Notes: a model not told the origin generated them from the letters alone. DNA of 64,000 bases from Chrysemys picta bellii (GCF_011386835.1 NC_088812.1:17918001-17982000), one strand, 5' to 3'; shown: positions 11,828 through 24,900, counted from the stretch's first letter. A program made the numbers and translations.

Positions 11828-12828
11828 TTACAGATTGTTGTGATAAGCCATAAATCCAATGCCTTTATTCAGACCATGATTTTTAGTGTCCGGCAAAGTT
11901 ATGAATTGATGCTCCCAGGTTTGTCTTTTGAAAATGTTGTGCAGGTTTTATTTGAGGATGAGGACTGAGAGGTCAAGTATAGAGTTTTTGGGGGAAGTGG
12001 TCACCCCGGGGTGATATGGCATTTTGGTTTTTTATATTTTTTCTATGTGAGTTCATTCGAGGCCACAGTGATTGTTATAACATACTTGTTATTGGGGGCA
12101 TTTACTGCACTGGATGAGATACACCAGATGTTGTGATAGGCATGTGTAGGATCCATGGAGCTGGAAAGGTGTGTTGTGGGGCTACTGATCATCGTAGCAG
12201 TGAAGATATGTCTGCAGGTTTTGCCTCTGTTGTTCTGGCAGGGTCTGGTGCCACTCTGAGTTGTGGGCTCTGGTCTGTGGGGAGTTCGCTTCTATTGATG
12301 AGTTTGATGAGGCTGGGAGGTTGTTTGAAGGCTAGAAGAGGGGGTTATGGAAAATTTCTTTCAGGATGTGGTCCCCATCATGTGTGGGTAGTAATTGTTT
12401 AATGATACCCCGTCTGAGTCCCAGTGTGGGGTGGTAGTTGACAACTAAGGATGGGTGGTCAGAGGGCTTTTCCCCCCCTGCATTGAAGCAGGTTCTCTCT
12501 GGGTATTTGGGTAGCCTGTTCCCTGATGAGATCTACTTCTCTGGTGGGGTGTACTTCTTTGGTAAAGGCAGTTTTAAGTATGTTAAGGTATGTATCCTGG
12601 ACTTTCTCTTTGGAGCATATTCTATGGTTATCGGCGGGTCTGGAAGTAGATAACAGATTTCTTGGTGTGGTTGGAATGGATGCTGAGTCTGTGAAGGTAA
12701 GTAGGATGATCCGTGGGTTTCCTGTATATAGTTCTCTGTAGGATTCCATTGCTGAAGCTGATTGTGATGTCCAGCAAGTTGATGCTGGTGTGGGAGTGTT
12801 CTAAAGAAAGTTTGATGGATGGGTGGTT
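11828..12828 (-). pseudogene. Frameshifted PLE polyprotein remnant (RT palm/thumb + GIY-YIG with CxxC)
   Basis: Motifs as listed for the element; frameshifts and stops are visible (for example an extra C after CSKCP). ORF-track entry 12459..12749 is part of it. Confidence 0.85.
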
Positions 12829-14030
12829 AAGATATTACCTCACTCATCTTGTCTGTCTGGGAATCTGGATAGTTATTTGTCAAGTCCTTGTTTATTCCAT
12901 TGTTCAAAGCTTTTTTTATCCCTGAAATTCGCTATAGTTTCCTCTCCTCCTTTCCTCTCCTTTCTCTGAGGAGTTCAGCCTGGAATTTCTTCCTCAAACA
13001 CCTGTGTCCTAAGGCACTTAAGGCCAAAGGGACCCAACCACAACAATCTCCTGTCAGGAATAGCTTCCAAGAGGTTGGGGAGGTGACTTCTAATTTCTAG
13101 AGAGAAACTACAGTTGCCAATTCTGAAAGTGCCTGAATGAGTTAGGAGCATTGATTCAACTGGAAACTGATCGGTTTTATAATCTTGGAGGTTCTTTGGT
13201 GAAGACCATCATAGTAAAATCAGTCCATCAAGTAATGAAATAAAGCCGTAACCATCCATGGTATCATAAAGGAGCTAGGCTTGGAAGGAACAGCAGACTG
13301 CCTAGGCGTTGCTATACTCAGGATCCCTGATTTAGGAGCCTAAATCTAATTTTCAAAATATTTAGGCATTTAAGAGACAAAATCCCATTGGGGATTAGGA
13401 GAGGGCCATTTTCCTCAATGGAAGGGGTTCTCTTTTGTTCTCAGTTGGGGGATTCTCCTTTGTTCGAAGGAAGTGGGGGATGAGGTGGAATTCTTCATTG
13501 TTCTCAATAGAAGATGCAGGATATTGAATGCTTTTGAAAATCTGGCCATATATGCGTCGGGTGAAGACAATCCACGGGTCATAAACTGCTCATGATCCCT
13601 GCCAAACTCCCACTGTTGTTAATAGATATCCAATAGATATCAGTGGATGTCAATGGATATCAATGCATATACCTTTGACACAAGTATCGCTTCTATGACT
13701 GTATGCAAGGATCTAGTCCTCATTTGGGCCATGCCCTCTCTTCCATCTGTGTAAGTATAGGAAACTGCATTTTGGAGGAGGGAGGGGACTGGGAACTGGA
13801 AGGGACATATATATTTCCCTTTCCACAGCGAAAATGAAAAGGGAGCAATAAAGGGTGCAGAGTTTAGCAAAACAACAGACCACGGAGGTTGCAATTTATC
13901 TTTTCAGGGTTGATGGGGGAAAAATCCCATAGTGGTGTTAGTTCACAGGCTACTATGGGACACAAGGTCCACTCCACACACAACAGCATTGTTTATGCAA
14001 GTAACAGGACCAGAGAACCAGAGAATAGAC

Positions 14031-14440
14031 ACATAGAACTCAAGATTGGAAAAGAGCTCTTGGGTCATCAAATCCAGGCCCCAGCTATTCAGGGGATGTA
14101 AGCCCCTTCATAAATTTATCAGGCTGTCTTAAACCTAGCTGTGTTGTTTTCCCCACTCCTCCTATTGCGGGGCTGTTTCAGAATCTCCTTTTTCTGGGGG
14201 TTAGAATAGAAACCTTCTTCTCATTTCCAACCTAAATTTATTCCTGGGCAGTTTAATCCCCAATTAGCTCTGGTGCCAACATGGTCATTTAGCTTCAAGA
14301 GATCTTCCCTCTTCTTGGTGTTTACTTCCTGAAGTATTTAAAGGGAGCAGTCAGATCCCCTCTCAGCCTTCCTTTTGCTAGGCTAAACAAACCTGAGTTG
14401 GTCTCTCCCCTGATCATCCTGGTAGCTCTTCTCTGCCCCT
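14031..14440 (-). mobile_element. Old CR1 LINE 3' fragment
   Basis: Begins catagaa...ttggaaaagagctcttgggtcatcaaatcca; contains aaaccttcttctcatttccaacctaaattt and cccctctcagccttccttttgctaggctaaacaaacc, typical reverse-strand CR1 ORF2 end. Confidence 0.8.
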
Positions 14441-14859
14441 ATGCATCTATGTATGCCTATACCATACACTTATGGCTGCAAATTCCATTTGATTTCTAAA
14501 GGCAACAAGAACAGGTGATATATTTCCCATAGTTCGACTGAATGCTTGTGAGTGGATGGATGGGGGGAGGAGAGGGAGGAGTGCTGGCACCCTGCTTAAC
14601 CTATTCCAAAATATGAAGTTCCATCCACAACTACAGATAGCTGAATGTTTCTGCTAAACTGTGTCACATTCCTATCGCCACATTAGGCTTCAGAGTAAAC
14701 AGTCTATGGAGATAAATGGAGACAGTTCATGTAATACCCCTTTCAGCCTATCTATTTGCGGACCAGTCAGCACCGCCTCGGTTCACACCTCCAAGAGTAG
14801 AACTAGCACCTCCGATTTTCATGAAGAGACCAGATCTCATTTAGTCGCATCAATGAAGT

Positions 14860-15448
14860 GGCCAGATTTTCAGATACTGCTCCTTTCTCCCCCTCCCCCC
14901 AATACGGGTGTGGGGGAGGGGTGGAACTCATCGTTGTTATCAAAAGTGGGGAAGGGGCGAATTCTCCATTTTCTCAATGGGGTTGGGGTGGAACGGGACA
15001 CAATTATTTTCAAATGTGAGGGAAAGGGGATCTCCATTGTTCTCAGCGGGGTTGGGGGAGGTTGAACTCACCATTGTTTTCAAAGGTGGGGGCGGAGGGA
15101 ATCTCCATTGTTCTTAATGGGGACAGGAAGAAGTAGAACTCAACAATATTTTCAAAGATGGGGAAGGGGCGAATTTTCCATTGTTCTCAATGGGGGATTG
15201 TGGAGGTGGAACTCAAGGTTGTTTTCAAAACTGGGGAGAGGTGAGATATTCCTTGTTCTCAGTAGGGGTGGGGAGAATTCTTCGTTGTTCTCAATGAGGA
15301 GGATTCTCCATTGTTCTGAAAAGGAAGGCGCGGAGTTGTTCTTTCTCCTCAATGGGAGCTGTTGGCAGTTGAGTACTCTGGTGGAAAATCCAGCCGCTTC
15401 ATGTAGGTACCTAAAAGGGAGAGGAGCTCTTTTTCTGAAAATCTGCCC
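14860..15448. mobile_element. TIR-bounded element carrying a degenerate ~70-bp tandem array
   Basis: Ends ggccagattttcaga / tctgaaaatctgccc (14/15 inverted match); internal units of the form ggtggaactca...gttttcaaa...gaattctccattgttctcaatgggg at about 14919, 14986, 15058, 15131, 15205. Confidence 0.55.
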
Positions 15449-15739
15449 CCTTATGATTTAAAGCCAACGGCTTAAATCTTGTAGAAAATTATGGAGCCTG
15501 CAAAGAAGCCCGGATTGTGCATGATCCTATAGGGTTCTATCTAAGTGTCCAAATTCCCCTGATGTGCAAATGACCAGCGCATCTAATATGCTGTTTCTAG
15601 CGCCTCGGACTTTGCTTTTGCTCCGATACCCTCCAAGTCGTCATATCCCATCCCAGCCCCCAATGAAACATTAATTAAGTAATCGCTAATCTTTTGTGGA
15701 TCACCTATATGGTGCCCTTTTCCTCCTGTAGTACATACT

Positions 15740-15875
15740 GAGACCATGATATCTTTGTGGGTAAGGATGGTCTTTCTGTTCTGTGTTAGTACATTATCTA
15801 GCACAATGGGCTCGTGGTCCATGATTGGAGTTCCTGGGTATATAATAATCATAATTAATATTAATAATAATAAAA
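15740..15875 (+). mobile_element. L2-type 3' tail (L2 LINE or L2-tailed SINE) remnant
   Basis: ggtctttctgttctgtgttagtacattatctagcacaatgggctcgtggtccatgattggagttcctggg followed by an (AAT)n-like tail; family assignment from recall. Confidence 0.55.
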
Positions 15876-18121
15876 ATAATATTAATTAATAAAGAAAAAT
15901 AAATCGCTAGGAGGATCTGTCGACCACATAGGCTTTTGCTGCTGAGTTGGTAGAATGCTGTGCAACATAATTTGCTACTTTTTCCTTCGGCCTGCTAGGC
16001 CAGGCCTTTGGATCCAGGATGGTCTATATGAACCTTTGAGGTTATAAGGTCAACTGTTCAGAGGAACAGTATTAAGCCTTAGGTTCTGCGTCATAATGAA
16101 ACCTTTAGCTGGTCCAGTGTCAATTATTTGCTGTTTTACTATGCGTAATAGCCCAGGACAGAATTTGGCTGAATATTAGCAAATGACAAAACCTGTCAAT
16201 GTGAAGTAAATAACTAGGAATTCCAGTGAAAGGCTGGCACTTAAAAGGGGTTCTCATGCCGCTGTTAATGGAATAAGAATACAATTAATCATTCTCTGGA
16301 TGTGAAGCTTTGCCAATAAACTTTCCCCCTCACATATTTGTCAGCCTCACTCTGCCCCCCCTTACCTTTACAAAAGAATGGAAATGAAATACATTTTTAT
16401 CTTGATTAGTTAATTCATCAATCCAAATAGGGCCTTTTTGTGAGATCTCGTTGTGCAAATGAAACTGGCAAGAGCAGGGAATGTGCCGGACAAACTGCCC
16501 CATAAGAAGCTGTCTACTAAAGTTCTGAGCGCAGCCAACGTTGCTAGGTATGGCACCGTTTCTGCCTGACGTTTCCTGCTTTTGCCAGTTTCATCTGGAC
16601 CCGGGTGGCACAAAAGTTCCGTTTGGATTTCGGAATGCTCAACAAAAATTGCGTTGAGAATATCCTTTGGAATTGGATCCTACAGACGTAAAAACCTTTT
16701 GGTTCAGGGTCACTAATCGCTGCATTGCCTACCCAGTCCCAACTCCCATTGTATTGCCAGGCAATGAGAGATTTGCCTGAATAAGGAATGGGGAAAGACA
16801 ACAGCATATATTCCAGTGTTATGATTTCAATGGCAGCGGCCTTGACAATTTCCTCACTCTGAGGTTCTTCTAGTGTAGTTTCACTGCTCCCTAATTTTAA
16901 GATTTTCAGTATTACCCATTACCCAAAACAAGGACACGTAAATCCGAAAAAGATCGTGTTATTTCATTCTCTGTACATATACTGCCTTTTCGACACAGCC
17001 TTGATTCCCTGCTATTTGTCTAGTAAATGCATCTCTGAACATGCTTTTGGATTAGTCAGTGATTTTAATCTTTCTTCGGTGATCTTTCTTTTTGTATTAT
17101 TTTAATCCTGCACAGAAAATTATTTTAATATACTTTTATGTTAATATTCTAAGATTGGAGAAGATTACACTAGGCAGAAATAAATCACTATCCCACAAAG
17201 AACAGGTATATTCCAGGCAGATAAATAGGGATAATTGCTCTATAAATTACTTATACAACTTTTCCTGCAGAAAATCCTTTCTGAAACTGAATTAAGTGGA
17301 AATCCAGTCATCTTTATATTATACAACTAATACATAATTCCATTTCCACGTTCGTTTGTGAGGTTTTTCTCTTGTTTTATATTTTTCAGAGCTAGATCTT
17401 CTCAATAGAGTCCTTTTCCTGAACAACATTTAATACTTATAAAGGGTATGTCCCCATAGGAGTTCCACCGCGGTAATGTAGAATGTTTGTACATTAAAAA
17501 TTCTGTGTATTGAGTTACAACATTTTGTTTAACTTTATGCCGCTCTGCTCCATTACAAAAATGGATCTAATAGAATATAATCTGATTTAATCTGAGACAT
17601 CCTGAAAAAAAATTATCTAGGATTTTTTTTTCAAATAATTGACTACTGGAAAATATATACTTCTTGGAAGAGAAGAGTCTATGCTAGATTTCAGTCTTTT
17701 GCAAAGGTAAAAGGAAGTTATTCACAGATTTAGGGTGTTGGATTCTCTCCTCCCCCCCTTCACAATTTTTTTTTCTGTTTATTTGGCCGCAGCTCAAGAA
17801 AAATTCATAATATCCTGATTATACTTGCCCTGCTGGAGAAACAATCTCTGTATTTTAATTACTTCATTTGAGATTAATTTAGGTTTAGTTCTGTGTTGAC
17901 ACCAAAACAAATGTCAAGGTTATTTGCCCTACTGCATGTTCCCCAACAAACTAAATGGTCGTGTAACTAATATTGCTACGTGAGACCGGCTGTGCCCACT
18001 ACAATGTGTAGATTGCACGGTTAAGATTTTAGTGCGTTAATGGGGACGATTAGCTATATTTTATATAATAATGTTGGTACTAACTATTAGCAAGTGTAAT
18101 TCAAAATCACCAGAGCTCAGT

Positions 18122-18269
18122 NNNNNNNNNNNNNNNNNNNNNNNNNNNNNNNNNNNNNNNNNNNNNNNNNNNNNNNNNNNNNNNNNNNNNNNNNNNNNNN
18201 NNNNNNNNNNNNNNNNNNNNNNNNNNNNNNNNNNNNNNNNNNNNNNNNNNNNNNNNNNNNNNNNNNNNN
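18122..18269. other. Assembly gap (148 N)
   Basis: N run. Confidence 1.
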
Positions 18270-20393
18270 TTAGATGGGTGATTACATCAGAAGAAAATAC
18301 AAATATTCTTCGCAGGCTATGAATGTACGCACTTCGAATACCCAGAAGCAGGTTTTCTTTTAAATAAACCTGTTGATCTGAAAAGATTTCTTATTTAGAA
18401 TTTGAAGCCAGTGGCATAACAAAACCATCTTCTCAAAAGGATCCCCAACACCTGATCTCTTACTAACTAAGCAAGAAAAGATAAATATACCTATGTAGGC
18501 TACTGATCCTGACAACACTCTTCTCCAGTTGACATTTTACAAGGGATATTTCTCAGGAAGTAGCGTTTTGTCTAAGCTACTTAGGTGTCCCCACTTACTT
18601 ATTGGACAGGAGTTATGTTAGTTATATTAACCAAATAACACACCATCAACTAATTTTCTTCCTCCCCCCACCCACTCACATGTTCATGAGGTCTATAAAG
18701 TTTCCATCGTATACTTTCTAGATCTTTATTCATGTTAGAATCAATTGTTTTACATGGAAATGTCTCTTCCTTTAGGAAATGAACGTTAAATCCCATCCCC
18801 AATTCCACTATATTTTGATTTGAAAAGAGGAATCTAGATCAGATTTTGATAATAATATCCTTCACTTAGAGCCAGGGTCTGATAGCTTTACTCATTTTGA
18901 GTAATACTTTCCCCCCTCTTTTGCTTGGGACATTTGATGGAGTGAATCAGAGTGGTGAACAGACGAAGACAACATTAAGCACTTTTAATTTGTCCCTGAG
19001 ATATGAAAGTCAGTCTTAGTTAACCGTTGTACATCATCAGCAATCCACAGAAGTCAACTGAGTTTAACAAAAGCAATATTATTGTGGAAGGGTAATTCTT
19101 TCCTGCAGTGCTGAATTATCACGAGACTGTAAAGTCCCAGCTGTATATTAACGCTGTAAGAAAACAAGTGCGGAATTTGGCTTTATTCTGGATTTTTAAA
19201 GGGGAAAAGGAAGAAGGAAAAACATTAGAAATCGAAATGGTATATAACTACAGCAAATTGTGCGATATTTTGCAGGAAGATTATATTCATTAATATAAAT
19301 TAGACTACTCTTACAAGATACGTCACTAAAATGCAATTGGAAAATAAAAACGTTATGAGTGTCATTATATTTGTAACACTGCCTTTTTATCTGACCTGTC
19401 CATGTCCTTTTCAGATATGAAGGGCAGGAATTTTGAAGATTTGAATTTAATGGTTGGACGTTTTCATATTGACCCATTCGGGGGGTAAGAGGGAGAGAGA
19501 CAGAGACACGGAGACAGAGAGACAGAGAATTTCACTAGACAAATATTCATTCTAAGAGTTTTAAAAATTTTCTGGGAATTTTCAGATCAAACAATTGGAG
19601 ATCTCTCTCTCGCTCGCTCTCTCTCTCTCTCTCTCCATCAAATCTGTCTGCCTTATAAGAACAAAAGTTATTTGGCTCAAAATTGCATTAGAAATTGACA
19701 CTTTCCCCCACCCTCTGGCCCAGTTGATATCCTGCCATCTGACTTACATAACATGATATTTCACACTAAATAACCAGAAAAGTTCCAAATCTTAGCAACC
19801 CAGTCTATCCCTCTGCAGTTACAAGGCAATAGGACCTCATAAGTAACCCTCCATGCTTCTTATGCATGTAAGCACACTACGTCCTGTATGCGTCGCACCA
19901 ATTCACCTATATGTGAAGAAGACTTTTAAGATACTTTATTATTGTTTTTGAGTGTCCAGTGTGTATCTGTAAAGTCCAGATTCCCTGTCATTGTGGCTCT
20001 TCCCCGTAGGAAATAGCAAGTGAATAACGTAACGTCTTAGTTAGCAAGGAGTTAAATAAAAATAATCATAGATATCTGAATACTTGGGGGTGGCGGGAGA
20101 TGCGGGGAGGGACGGCTCTGAAAAGTCCTGCTCAAACTAAGATCAAAACATCAGTGAATTGAAAAAAAAATTTAAATCTGAGGGTTGCTAGAATTTAGTT
20201 CCTTAATTCATCTGGATATTTTAGAATAAAAATTATTTTAAAAAGATGTTCTAAACATTTTGCATTCTTTTCATTTCCAGTGCGTGTGTATGCGTGTGTA
20301 CACAGGGGCGTTGGAAGTGACAAGAAAAGAATGCAGATAGCTAGCTAGCTATTTTTTTTAAAACGTACACGTATATATTTATACTTACATTCA

Positions 20394-20398
<5 letters not shown>

Positions 20399-20458
<60 letters not shown>
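20399..20458. repeat. (TC)n(AC)n compound microsatellite
   Basis: Read directly. Confidence 0.95.
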
Positions 20459-21777
20459 CTGCATTGAAAGTGAAAAGAGTGCAAAATGTTTAGAAGATCT
20501 TGTTATGTGCTCTGAGAATTATTTTGGGGACGTTCTCTGGCCTATGTTATACAGGGGGTAGACTTCTGGCATTGGAATATATGAAAAAATAGATTTTATT
20601 TTAGACTAAACAGATGAATCTTGGGACAACGTTCTAGTAACCCTCCGATTTAACATTTTTTCCAGTTCGCTGATGTTTTGAACTTACTTTGATCAGGACT
20701 TATCAAGGCCATCCCCACCACCACCATCTTTTTTACCCTCCCCCAACAATTATTCAAATATATATTTTTATTTTAGTTCGGTATAGTTAAGACGCTAGTT
20801 TATTCAACTGCCATTTCGTATTAAAGAGCCACAGTGACAGGGAATCTGGATACACATTGGGCATCCGATAATAACAACAATAACTCATCCTGTAAGTGTT
20901 CTCCACCTATATTTGAATTGGTGACCGCATACAGAGCATAGTGTGCTTATACACGCAAGAAGCATAGAGGGTTACTTATGAGTTTCTGCTGCAGGGGAAT
21001 GGACTGGGTTGGCAATATGCTAAGATCTGGAGCCATTTATTTAGGATGAAATATCACGTTATGTGAATAAGAGGGCATGACAGCAAATAGGGGAAGGGGA
21101 GGGGGGAATTGTCACTTTTTAAATACAATATTGAGCAAAATACCCTTTTTCTTGTAACTGAAGACAAGACTATTGAGAACTTTGTGCAAATTTGGGGGGC
21201 TGTTGAAAACTCTCTCTCTCTCTGGGAGAGAACCATTAAACTTTTCCTAACATGGGTATTTAGTGGTAAAATGTAACTAAGCATGGAACTGTTGCACTGT
21301 TTCACCCTTAATTGTTAATATAAAATATTCTTGGCGGCTTTTACTTTGTAAAATAAGACTACAACCTCCTAGCTTACCGGGCTCTAGAATCCTACGGCTA
21401 ACGGTACATTGTGTTTATTATCAATATTGCTACTTTCCAGATAAAAAGTCGGGCGTGAGATGAAGAAGCTAAAAGCATATTGAGATTGAACGGTGGAGAA
21501 TGGGAATAAAACCTGGAGACAAATTTTGGGTTGGGAGGGGGAGGGATTTCCGTGTTAACCCCTGGATGTTCCTGTTTTAGCTTTAGTACGTCTTACTTTT
21601 CGTGCTGTCATTGCTAGATCCTCACCGAAAATTTCTACCACAAAAAAAGATTAGAGCAAGTCAATAGTTTTAGGAGCAGAACGTTCTCCCGTTGCAGCGA
21701 GACGTTTCTTTTGCCGCTTATTTTCTGACACATATTTTATATATAACGCATAATCGTATATCTCCATTAACTTCTAT

Positions 21778-21987
21778 CAGAGGGGTAGCCGTGTTAGGCT
21801 GTGTCCGCAAAAAGAACGAGGAGCACCTTAGAGACTAACACATGTATTTGGGCATAAACTTTCGTGGGCTAAAACCCACTTCATCGGATGCACGCAGTGG
21901 AAAATTCAGTAGGAAGTTATTTATACACAGAGAACCCAAATAAATGTGTTAGTCTTTAAGGTACCACAAGTACTCCTCGTTCTTTTT
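21778..21987 (-). mobile_element. PLE-derived element, copy D, 12-bp TSD; hammerhead motif on the minus strand at 21852-21891
   Basis: TSD attaacttctat at 21766-21777 and 21988-21999; minus strand reads GCAT CCGATGA A GTGGG-TTTTAG-CCCAC GAAA GTTT ATGC; an inverted tail fragment sits at the right end. Confidence 0.82.
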
Positions 21988-24900
21988 ATTAACTTCTATA
22001 TTACTTCCTGCTTTCACATTAAATGTAAATGAACTCTGGAAATATTTCACACTAGTTGGTTAGTCGATTATTTCAAAAATAGCCCCAAGATACTTCATTT
22101 TCACATTAAGTGGACAAAAATAAATATAGTGGGGGGTTTTGGAGGGGGACACACACTCCTACATATTTCTAACACAACTGACTTTGAGTAATATTTGGTA
22201 TATCAAGCTGCTGTATAATGAGGAGAACTTGAGTTTTCTTACATTGGACTGGTCCTGGCTTCGAAGCAGTCTTGTCCTTCGAAATGCATCTTGAACTATG
22301 TTGGCATCAGGATGGGGGAAAAACAAATAAATCAAACCAAACCCCAAATCATTGAAATTCCAGAATCAAAAGTTCCTCTAGATTTCTGAAAGCTTGGTTT
22401 TAAAATAAAGTAGAAAGAAGTGTCTACTTCTAAAGTGATGTGAGGCTGTAAAGGACCGCAAGGTACCCGGATTTCCTTCGCTCCCTCTGAAGAATTTGCA
22501 GAGAAAATGATGAAAAGTTATAAAAGCCCTTTCTGGTGATCATCTTGTTGACACAAAGGCGACCAACACGGCCCCGTCTCTTTGTCAGTGGTGTAGGCTA
22601 CCGCCTCTTTTAACTTGGAATTGAACTTGGACTTCCGATGAGACAAGGCCCTAAATGGAAGGAGGTATTTTATTTGTCTGCCTCTGAACCATTTCCTACC
22701 TGCTTTATCTGAGCTGTGTTAAAAAGAAGACAGGAGGGCGAATTCACAGGATCTGTGTATTTTGGATATTCCCCGCCCCCTAGCCTTGCAAATAACCCCT
22801 CTTTCCCCACAGTCTTTTGTCCCGTCGATGAGACCCTCATATCAAGAGGAGGGTGGAAGGGGGGATGAGTACAGTTAGTCTGGGGGGCAGAATGCAGGGA
22901 GATGGAGGTGTTGTCTTCATGCAGACGCCTGTTGACACTCGGTAGCTCTGCCCTGGACGTGCTCTGTAAGGGCTTCCACACAGCAAGAGCAAAGAGGCGC
23001 GAAGCTCCATTTGGGAGGCGGTTGTCATGTTGGTTGTGATGTGTCAGATTATTATGACAAAGAGGTATTTTGTTTATTTATCTGTTTTCCCAGGTCGCGC
23101 CCAGGAGGTGTAGGGAGAAGCGGGGGGCGAAGGAGGCAGGGGGAAAGTGGAGCCCAAAATGAAAGGCACCGTGAATAAAAATCGCACGACTGGAGATGGA
23201 GGAGGAGAAGAAATGGAGACTTGGTTTTAAAAGTCCCTCCACCAAGCATTTCCTAGTGGTAGAAACTTTTTAAGACGCCCCGCGTTTTGAAGCATAAGGT
23301 CCTAGAGGGAGGATTTCATGATAGAATATAAGAAGAAAAGTTGGCAAGGATGATACTCGCGGTTGGGGAAGAAGCACAAAGAAGCGACTTAGATTTTAAT
23401 AAATATATACATCCATTAATTCCTAAAGAAAATGATTATATTGAAAGCAAGCTATCAACCACAAAATACGAGTGGCCTATATGAAATCATCTCACTCTGC
23501 ATCTGCTAAAGCAGGTTGCAAGAGCATGAGCAGTTCCGAGAAGGAAAGACAGGATCACATAAGGTTACAGTCAGTCCTGGCCCACTTCCATTCAAACCAG
23601 TTTGGCCCAACACGGAGGAAAGTAACCTGCTCCCCTATTTCACAAAATTCCCTTCCTCAAATGATGCCCAGTCATTTAAAACAAATTAATGATATTTTTA
23701 TGTATTCTGAGTCTGGCATCTGGGAGCACCTCCAGTCGAAGACAAGATTTTTAGGCGATTGTGGTAGATCTGTTTGAGGTTATTCTTTTTAAACCTCTGT
23801 CAAGCATCTCAAAAGGATTCTTTTTAATTGTATTCATACTTTGATCACGACCCTTCCAGAATGCACAAAGCTTCTAAACCCTGGACACAACCCCAAATTC
23901 CCGGATAGTTAGACTAATTCAACCAGGAACTGAAAGAAACAAGACCGTTAATATTCTTGAGAATGTAATGGAACAGAGAACTCTCCCAAAAGTCTGGAAA
24001 GGTATTTCAACTTTGGCTATTATTTATACAAAGTACATTAGAGATAGCATGGGAAAGCTTTTCTTAGAAATCCCTGATAGACCATTAAATGCAATGTCAT
24101 AGTTTGTTGACTACATTTGATACGCCAGTGGGAAAATTATATACTGATTCCAAATTTTTGCGTACCACGAATTCTATTTTCCCCTGTGGCTCAAAACCCT
24201 ATGATTATACCACCTCCTTTTTGCCCTAAACACATGATGGAAATGCAAGATCTCCTTCTAAGCCTATGTATATATTTTATTTGACAGTATATTGGGGTTT
24301 TTAGACATTGACAAAAATCCAGCTGATTTCTCTGTAATGTAAAGAATATATTTGCCATTCTTCATTGTATGTATTGTGGATGTGTAACTTTCTGAAGCCA
24401 CAAGGCAAGAACGTTTGCACAAAGCACTCACAAATCATCAATGTACCTAAGTGCAGGGAGATTTAAAATCTTTCAGATCTCAACACAAAGTGTGTGTGTG
24501 TGTGGGGGGGGGGATGTATATTGATTCATTTCTTCTTAGCCTTTTTCAATCCTAAATTGAAACAAAGACCCTTTATTTTTATTTCTATCTCATCAAACCC
24601 AATTCGTTTTTCTTGAAGGGATGAATAATTACAGATAGTTTTATGACGATCTGCTGCTGTTTGTACATTTCTTATTAGCCATCATTTTCCTTGCCTGAGA
24701 AAGCAATACGTAACTGAAGACGATGTTAGATGTAGGTGTGTATTTTCTGTGGGCCTTTTTAAGCTATGGACTCATAAAATAGATCATTATTTTCATGAAT
24801 ACTGTAGCCATTGGACAGAAAGTACATCCACTCAAAAATCTGTCTTTTTAAAAGTTTTGCAAGTCTTTGCTATTTAATAAGCATAATACATTGAAACATT

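Larger units (their letters stand above)
11301..12860 (-). mobile_element. 5'-truncated, decayed Penelope-like retroelement (RT C-terminus + GIY-YIG endonuclease, terminal-repeat remnants at both ends, inverted relative to each other)
   Basis: Minus-strand translation: NHPSIKLSLEHSHTSINLLDITISFSNGILQRTIYRKPTD (12828-12709), NHRICSKEKVQDTYLNILKTAFTKEVHPTREVD, GSYTCLSQHLVYLIQCSKCP (about 12155-12095), NHGLNKGIGFMAYHNNL* (stop 11828-11830). 11302-11340 and 12829-12858 are mutually inverted terminal segments. Confidence 0.88.

Noticed and set aside
14860-15448. CRISPR-like repeat/spacer appearance
   Set aside because: Vertebrate DNA, degenerate units, no unique spacers and no cas genes.
14661-15461. 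ORFs of 117-134 aa
   Set aside because: They overlap a degenerate tandem array and show no recognisable protein similarity.
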